The notes beneath the pieces are model-generated. The model made no database searches, was not told where the DNA came from, and saw only the letters and a list, made by a program, of their open reading frames with translations. This document shows positions 57,870 to 64,000 of a stretch of 64,000 bases of DNA, piece by piece. The stretch is from Bacilli bacterium (GTDB lineage: Bacteria > Bacillota_I > Bacilli_A > RF39 > UBA660). The stretch covers positions 200,161 to 264,160 of the forward strand of contig JBMNEQ010000002.1 of assembly GCA_050948865.1 (NCBI GenBank), read 5' to 3'. Positions within the stretch are counted from its first letter, which is position 1. Every line of letters begins with the position of its first letter. The position numbers were made by a program, and so were the translations under genes.

Positions 57870-59178
57870 AACTTTCCTCCTTTAATAATTCCTTTAGGGG
57901 AATTGTTTTTTGTTGATATGTTTTTAAATCTTTAACAGTAATAGTTTTAGTGTTAATTTCTTCTTCTCCAATAAAAATAAGAAAAGGGATATTTAAATGA
58001 AGAGCATAATTAATAATACTTTTTAGACTTCTTTTTTCATAAAATATTTGAGTTTTTATATTATTTTTCTGTAATTCATTATAACAATTTATAAGATATT
58101 GATAATCTTTAGTTAAAGGAACAATTAAATAATCGATGGGTTTTACTTTTTCTTCTTTTAAAAGTTTTAATTTATTTAATTGATCAAATAATCTAGTTAA
58201 TCCAATTGAAACTCCTACTCCTGGTAGTTTTTTTTCAATATAATATTCAGCTAAATCATCATAACGTCCACCAGAACAGATGCTTCCTAATTCTGGATAA
58301 TCTAAGAAGAAAGTTTCATAAACTGTTCCCGTATAATAATCTAAACCTCGAGAAATTTTTAAATCAATTTTGATTTTATTTTCATTTATTTGAAATAATT
58401 GAAGATAATGATAAACTTCTTTAAGTTCTTCTATTCCTTTTTTAAAAGTTTCTTGTTTAATTTTTAATTTATCTAATTGAGAAAGAATTTCTTTATTAGT
58501 TCCTGATATATTGATAAAACTTAGAATATTATTTAGAATATTTAAGGGTATTTTTAATTTTTTTAATTCGTTTTTAACTTCCTTTTCTCCTATTTTAGGT
58601 AATTTATCAATAATTCTCATAATTTCAATACTTTCTTTTTCTAAATTAAGATAATTAAAAAAACCTGTTAAAACTTTTCGATTATTTATTTTAATAATAA
58701 AGTTAGGAAGATTTAAGGTACTAAACAAATCATCAATTATTTTAACAATTTCAGCATCATTAATAATGCTTAGTTCACCATCTCCAATCATATCAATATC
58801 ACATTGATAAAACTCTCTAAATCGCCCTTTTTGAGTTCTTTCCCCCCGATAAACCTTACCTATTTGATAACGTCTAAAAGGAAAAGATAGTTTTCCATAA
58901 TTTTTCGCTACATATTTAGCTAAAGGAACAGTTAAATCAAAGCGGAGAGTTAATGCTGTTTTTCCTTTAGAAAATTGATATAATTGTTTTTCAGTTTCTC
59001 CCCCTGCTTTAGCTAAAAGAACCTCAGAAGCTTCAATAACTGGAGTATCAAGGGGTAAAAAGCCATACTTTTTATAAGTTGTTTCAATTCCTTTTAAAAG
59101 TTGATTAAATTTTAATTGTTCATTTGGTAATAATTCCATAAATCCTGATAAAGTTCTTGGTTTAATTAATTTTTTCAT
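57859..59178 (-). CDS. hisS: Histidine-tRNA ligase
   Basis: LRFDLTVP, GRFREFYQCD, RGLDYYTG, GGRYD. Confidence 0.97.
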   Translation of the reverse strand: MKKLIKPRTLSGFMELLPNEQLKFNQLLKGIETTYKKYGFLPLDTPVIEASEVLLAKAGGETEKQLYQFSKGKTALTLRFDLTVPLAKYVAKNYGKLSFPFRRYQIGKVYRGERTQKGRFREFYQCDIDMIGDGELSIINDAEIVKIIDDLFSTLNLPNFIIKINNRKVLTGFFNYLNLEKESIEIMRIIDKLPKIGEKEVKNELKKLKIPLNILNNILSFINISGTNKEILSQLDKLKIKQETFKKGIEELKEVYHYLQLFQINENKIKIDLKISRGLDYYTGTVYETFFLDYPELGSICSGGRYDDLAEYYIEKKLPGVGVSIGLTRLFDQLNKLKLLKEEKVKPIDYLIVPLTKDYQYLINCYNELQKNNIKTQIFYEKRSLKSIINYALHLNIPFLIFIGEEEINTKTITVKDLKTYQQKTIPLKELLKEESYEN

Positions 59179-59184
59179 TTATAA

Positions 59185-59390
59185 TTCCTTCTTTCTAAAA
59201 AAGCACCAAATAGCTTCTTAAAGGACGGATAAACCGTGGTGCCACCTTTATTCACCTATCAGTGCTCTTATTTGTTTTAACGCTTCAAGCGGTTTTTAAT
59301 AATAAGTGTCTTTCATAAATTAGAAAGTAGATATTTTCACCACCATATCTTTCTCTTTAACTTTCACCTTTATTACTTTTCTTATTTAAA
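59185..59390 (-). promoter_or_regulatory. Asp T-box upstream of hisS-aspS
   Basis: Specifier loop GAA-A-GAC-A; AAAGGTGGCACCACG (UGGC fits tRNA-Asp G73). Confidence 0.88.
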
Positions 59391-59392
59391 AA

Positions 59393-60196
59393 TTATTTTT
59401 TTAAAATTTTCATTTTTATTAATTTTTTTTCTTCCTCTTCATTTAAATGATTAATTATAAAATAGTCACTTAATTTTGGCCAAATATTATTTATTTCTTC
59501 ATAAATAGAATTAATAGTTTGTTTTTCTTCATTTAAATAACTAAATATTTTATAAATATTACTATTTCTAATAGAACTAACACTTAAAGGAAGACTATTA
59601 TTAAAATCATATATTTCTTTAGTGATAGTAGTTTTATAATTGTTTGGTAAAAGAACTTTTTGCTTTAAAGTAATTTTTTCTTTCCTTTTTAAAAGATAAT
59701 CTTGATTAATTTTTATTTTATTTATATATTCATGAAAATAGTAATTATTTTTCATATTTAATAAAATAAAATTACTAAATAATTGTAAATTTCTTTTTTC
59801 AATTTGGAAAAGTTTTAATTCATCTTGTTTTTTTATTATTTCATAATGAATATCTTTATTTTCTAATTTTACTTTATAAAAATCTTGATCTTTTTCTGAA
59901 GAAGTAAAGTAATATCTTTTTTGATCTTTATAAATATATCCCCCTCTACTTATTTCTTTTATTTCATTTTCTTTAGTATAAATAGTTCCTTTTCGATTAT
60001 GAAGATAATAAGATGATTTTAATAACCAGTCATTATTTTTATTAGGTAAAAAAACAATTTTCCCGACCTTTTTATTATCTTGATTAAATAAGAAAAATGG
60101 AGGCTTTAAATTATTTATATTTTGAGGATAAATATCTAGTAAAGATAATAATTTTAATTCCTTTTCTATTAAGTTTTTAATTTGCTCTAATTCCAT
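59393..60196 (-). CDS. Hypothetical protein
   Basis: 267-aa ORF; no motif recognised. Confidence 0.6.
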   Translation of the reverse strand: MELEQIKNLIEKELKLLSLLDIYPQNINNLKPPFFLFNQDNKKVGKIVFLPNKNNDWLLKSSYYLHNRKGTIYTKENEIKEISRGGYIYKDQKRYYFTSSEKDQDFYKVKLENKDIHYEIIKKQDELKLFQIEKRNLQLFSNFILLNMKNNYYFHEYINKIKINQDYLLKRKEKITLKQKVLLPNNYKTTITKEIYDFNNSLPLSVSSIRNSNIYKIFSYLNEEKQTINSIYEEINNIWPKLSDYFIINHLNEEEEKKLIKMKILKK

Positions 60197-60263
60197 TTTA
60201 ATCCTTTGGTAATTTATAAATTACATTTACATTATAAAATAAATTTAATTAGAAGTCAAAAAC

Positions 60264-61316
60264 TTATTTTTTTTCTTTATCAAATTTAGCATAAAGATCT
60301 GATTTATAATATTTAAAAGCACTTAAAATTATAATAGTAATAGGAATAGCGATGATAATACCAAAAACTCCTGCAATAACTCCCATAATAAAGACAGCGA
60401 GGATAACTAACAAAGGAGGTATTTTATTAGTCGTTCCAAAGATTTTAGGAGAAATGATATAACTATCGATTAAAGTTAAAGTAAAGACTGCTCCTAAAGT
60501 TAAGAAAAATAAATCTACAGAAACAACAAGAGCAGTTATTAAAGCAATAATATTAGTCGCGATTGCTCCTAAGTAAGGAATAAAAGTAGTTATTGAAGCT
60601 AAAAAGGCTATTAAAAGAAAATGGGGATGACCAATGGCATAGTAAACTAAATTGTATTCAAAAAATTGCCAAGTTAAAAGTTTAGTTAAACCGATTAAAT
60701 AAAAACGCATTTCTTGATCTAATATTTTTAAGTAAGCAAAAGTTTTGGGATTTCTTTTTTCTAGATGTTCTTTGATTTTTCCTCTTATTTTATCCATATC
60801 AATTAATAAATAAGCAGAAACAAAGATAATAACTAATATAGAAGTAAATAAGATAAATGATTTATTAATAAAACTAATGGCTCCATAAGAAACATATTCA
60901 CTCATTATTTTGATTAAACTATTTAAAGTATCATTTAAAGAATTATGTAAAACACCTAAATTTAAATTATAGACATTAGATAGATGATTAATAAAACTTA
61001 ATAAAGAATTTAATAAGCTAATTATTTGGGTATATAATAATGGAAATATAATATAAAAAACAAAGAGAATTAAGCCAAAGAAGGCAAAAATTATTAAAGA
61101 GAAGGCCAAAGGCTTAGGTATTCCTTTTTGTTCTAATTTGCGCAATAAAGGATATAATGCATGGGCAATAGCAAAGGCAATAAAAAGGGGAATTAAAATT
61201 CTAATGATTTTATAATAGATCATTAACCAAAAGTTACTAGTGAAATAGATAATTGCAATAATTAAAGCAATTAAAGTTAAATTTACTAATTTATAATCTA
61301 GTTTATTTTTTAGCAT
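60264..61316 (-). CDS. AI-2E family transporter
   Basis: FIPYLG, ISPKIFG, IPPLLVI, GIIIAIP. Confidence 0.88.
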   Translation of the reverse strand: MLKNKLDYKLVNLTLIALIIAIIYFTSNFWLMIYYKIIRILIPLFIAFAIAHALYPLLRKLEQKGIPKPLAFSLIIFAFFGLILFVFYIIFPLLYTQIISLLNSLLSFINHLSNVYNLNLGVLHNSLNDTLNSLIKIMSEYVSYGAISFINKSFILFTSILVIIFVSAYLLIDMDKIRGKIKEHLEKRNPKTFAYLKILDQEMRFYLIGLTKLLTWQFFEYNLVYYAIGHPHFLLIAFLASITTFIPYLGAIATNIIALITALVVSVDLFFLTLGAVFTLTLIDSYIISPKIFGTTNKIPPLLVILAVFIMGVIAGVFGIIIAIPITIIILSAFKYYKSDLYAKFDKEKK

Positions 61317-61329
61317 GCTATCACCTCTT

Positions 61330-61767
61330 TTATATTTCTATAATTATTGTTACTGGACCATCATTTATTAAGGAAACTTCCATATTTTCTCCAAATATTC
61401 CAGTTTGGACATTAATATTTTTCTTTAATAATAATTGATTAAAAGTTTTATATAACTTTTCTGCTTCTATATAATGAAGGGAATTTATATAACTTGGTCT
61501 TCTTCCTTTTTTAGTATCAGCATATAAAGTAAATTGAGAAATAGATAAAATAGATCCTTTTACATCTAGTAAAGAAAGATTCATTAATTTTTTATCATCA
61601 TCAAAAATACGAAGATTAATAATCTTATCGATCATTTTTTCTATTATTTCTTCATTATCATGTTCTGTAAACCCTACTAAAATAACTAGTCCTTCTTCTA
61701 TTTGACCAATTACTTTTTCTTTTACTTTAACTGTTGCTTTTTTTGTTCTTTGTAAAACTACTTTCAT
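61330..61767 (-). CDS. dtd: D-aminoacyl-tRNA deacylase
   Basis: MKVVLQR, SQFTL, KGRRPS, NDGPVT. Confidence 0.96.
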   Translation of the reverse strand: MKVVLQRTKKATVKVKEKVIGQIEEGLVILVGFTEHDNEEIIEKMIDKIINLRIFDDDKKLMNLSLLDVKGSILSISQFTLYADTKKGRRPSYINSLHYIEAEKLYKTFNQLLLKKNINVQTGIFGENMEVSLINDGPVTIIIEI

Positions 61768-63923
61768 TATTTAATCACCCTTTTTGCTTTATGAACATTG
61801 GGAATTGTTAAAACATCCCAAAGAAATCTTTTTAAAAGATCTTTATCTTCAACCATTATTTTTAGATCATAGATTACTAAACCATTAGAATTAATAACTT
61901 CAACACTTTTAACATTAATCTTATGATTAGAAGTTTTTGAAAATAAATCTAAAAGAAAATTATCTCTACTTTCAGTTTCTATAACAATATTTGTTAACCA
62001 TTTTTTTGTCGCTTGTTGATTCCAAGAAACTTCAATAAGTCTTTCTTCTTTATTAGTAATATTATGGCATTCTATTCGGTGAACAGTAATCCCTTGACCT
62101 TTAGTAATATAACCTAAAATTTTATCCCCTTTTACTGGTCCACAGCAGTTAGCTAAAGTAATTTTAATTTCATCAATTCCTTCCACTAAAATATCATTTT
62201 TAATCGTTATATTCTCTTCAGTTGTCTTTAACATTTTATTTAATAACTCTTTTTCTTTAGCTTTTGTTTCTTTAGTAATAATATTTAAAACATGATTAGG
62301 AGTAAAATTAGAAGATCCAATATTATGATAGATATCATTAATATTATCGACTGCTAAAGTTTTAAAGATTAGATCCATGTTTTCATTAGTAAAAAGTTCA
62401 CTAAATACTAATTTTCTTTTTCTTAATTCCTTATTTAGTAACTCTTCTCCTTTTTCTATTAAATCATCTTTATCAATTCTACGAAAATAGTTCTTTATTT
62501 TATTTTTCGCTTGGGCTGTTTTGGCAATGTAAACCCATTCTCGGCTTGGTCCTTTAGAATTTTTATTAATATTAATTTTAACAATTTCTCCATCTTGTAA
62601 TTCATAATCCAAAGGAACAATATTATCATTAACGATTGCTCCTACCATTTTTTCTCCTATTTCACTATGAACTCGGTAAGCAAAATCAATGGGAGTGCTT
62701 CCAATAGGTAGTTCAATAACATCTCCTTTTGGTGTAAAAACATAGATATTATCTTTTAATATTTCACTTTCTACGTTTTTTATAAATTCTTCAGGATTAT
62801 GTTCTTCATTATTTAAATCAATTAAAGAACGAAACATTGCTAATTTTTTTTCCATGACATTTTTAAGTTGAGGACTACTTTCTTTATATGACCAATGAGA
62901 GGCAAGACCATATTCAGCTATTTTATCCATTTCATAGGTTCTAATTTGGATCTCAAATAAATGTCCATCAATTCCAAATACTGTAGTATGAAGAGATTGA
63001 TACATATTTTCTTTAGGCATAGCTACATAATCTTTAAAACGTTTTGGGACTGGTTTAAATTTAGAATGAATTAAACCTAAAGTTAAATAACAATTTTGTT
63101 CAGTTTCAACATAAACCCGAAGAGCTAAAATATCATATATTTCTTTAAATTTACGTCCAGTTTGCATTTTTTGATAAATACTATAAACACTCTTAGAACG
63201 CCCTTTAATTTCATGTTTAATATTATTGTTATTTAATATTTCCATTATTTTAAACTTCATTTCTTTAATAGCATGTTCTCTTTCAGCTTTTGTATTATTT
63301 AGATTTCCTAGAATATCTAAATAAATATCTGGTTTATAATATTTTAATGATAAATCTTCTAATTCACTTTTAATATTATAAATACCTAAACGATGAGCAA
63401 TAGGAGCTAAAATTTCTAAAGTTTCTTTGGCTTTTTCTTTTTGTTTATTATCTGGAATAGCCCATAAAGTACGCATATTATGTAAGCGATCTCCTAGTTT
63501 AATAAAAATAATTCGCACATCTTCACATAAACCAACAAGAATTTTACTATAATAAGCAATTGTCCATTCATTTTCTGCTGAAAAGGATAAACGATTTATT
63601 TTAGTAATACTATCAATTAAGTTCCCTATTTCTTCTCCAAAGTTTTTTTTAACTTCTTCTAAACTTGTTTGACCTTCATCGATTATTTCATGTAATAAAG
63701 CAGTAACAATAGTCATATAATCAGCTGTTAAATCAGTTAAAATATAAGCCACATTAAGAGGATGGGTAATAAAATCATTACCATCTAATCTTTTTTTTCC
63801 ATAATGTTTTAAAGCAGCATAATCATAAGCTTTTTTAATTATTTTTAATTCATCTTCTTGATGAATATAAGTTTTTACTTTAGTTAATAAATCAGTAAAA
63901 TTTATTTGTTTTTCTTTTGTCAT
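61767..63923 (-). CDS. relA: Rel (p)ppGpp synthetase/hydrolase
   Basis: DRLHNMRTL, APIAHRLG, RFKDY, YQSLHT, EIQIRT, TGS, CC and ACT domains. Confidence 0.96.
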   Translation of the reverse strand: MTKEKQINFTDLLTKVKTYIHQEDELKIIKKAYDYAALKHYGKKRLDGNDFITHPLNVAYILTDLTADYMTIVTALLHEIIDEGQTSLEEVKKNFGEEIGNLIDSITKINRLSFSAENEWTIAYYSKILVGLCEDVRIIFIKLGDRLHNMRTLWAIPDNKQKEKAKETLEILAPIAHRLGIYNIKSELEDLSLKYYKPDIYLDILGNLNNTKAEREHAIKEMKFKIMEILNNNNIKHEIKGRSKSVYSIYQKMQTGRKFKEIYDILALRVYVETEQNCYLTLGLIHSKFKPVPKRFKDYVAMPKENMYQSLHTTVFGIDGHLFEIQIRTYEMDKIAEYGLASHWSYKESSPQLKNVMEKKLAMFRSLIDLNNEEHNPEEFIKNVESEILKDNIYVFTPKGDVIELPIGSTPIDFAYRVHSEIGEKMVGAIVNDNIVPLDYELQDGEIVKININKNSKGPSREWVYIAKTAQAKNKIKNYFRRIDKDDLIEKGEELLNKELRKRKLVFSELFTNENMDLIFKTLAVDNINDIYHNIGSSNFTPNHVLNIITKETKAKEKELLNKMLKTTEENITIKNDILVEGIDEIKITLANCCGPVKGDKILGYITKGQGITVHRIECHNITNKEERLIEVSWNQQATKKWLTNIVIETESRDNFLLDLFSKTSNHKINVKSVEVINSNGLVIYDLKIMVEDKDLLKRFLWDVLTIPNVHKAKRVIK

Positions 63924-63936
63924 TTAGATTCCACCT

Positions 63937-63999
63937 TTATTTATTAATTCCTTTTACCTCAATTTCATCTAATTCATTTTTATCAATATATTTTTCAAA
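63937..63999 (-). CDS. 3' end of an upstream gene (truncated by the window edge)
   Basis: ...FEKYIDKNELDEIEVKGINK* ends just before the relA RBS; identity not determinable. Confidence 0.5.
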   Translation of the reverse strand, partial: FEKYIDKNELDEIEVKGINK

Positions 64000-64000
64000 C

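Overview
Very AT-rich chromosome segment using genetic code 11 (TGA is a stop). It comes from a reduced-genome member of the Bacilli; an RF39/RFN20-like lineage is my inference from B. subtilis-like gene order with many deletions. The window spans the replication terminus: a Firmicutes-type dif site at 44545-44572, xerD nearby, and a switch in gene orientation from mostly + to mostly -. Contents: a tandem type IV pilin array interrupted by an IS1202-like element; a stripped-down sporulation set (spoIIIAH, gerE, gerM, yqfC/yqfD, ylbJ, spoIVB, spoIIM); a C39-peptidase ABC exporter with two unannotated double-glycine peptides; housekeeping genes; tRNA-Arg, 6S RNA, a glmS ribozyme, four T-boxes and an IS30-family element. 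Most notable observations: (1) a conserved, covarying ~135-nt stem-loop shared by the two unrelated IS elements; (2) a T-box stacked on an Arg-rich leader-peptide attenuator ahead of an M20 peptidase and GNAT pair; (3) an ultrashort glycine T-box; (4) a single-ring Clp-like ATPase and its ATPase-less paralog bracketing the 6S RNA gene. All calls were made by eye; no searches or folding programs were run.
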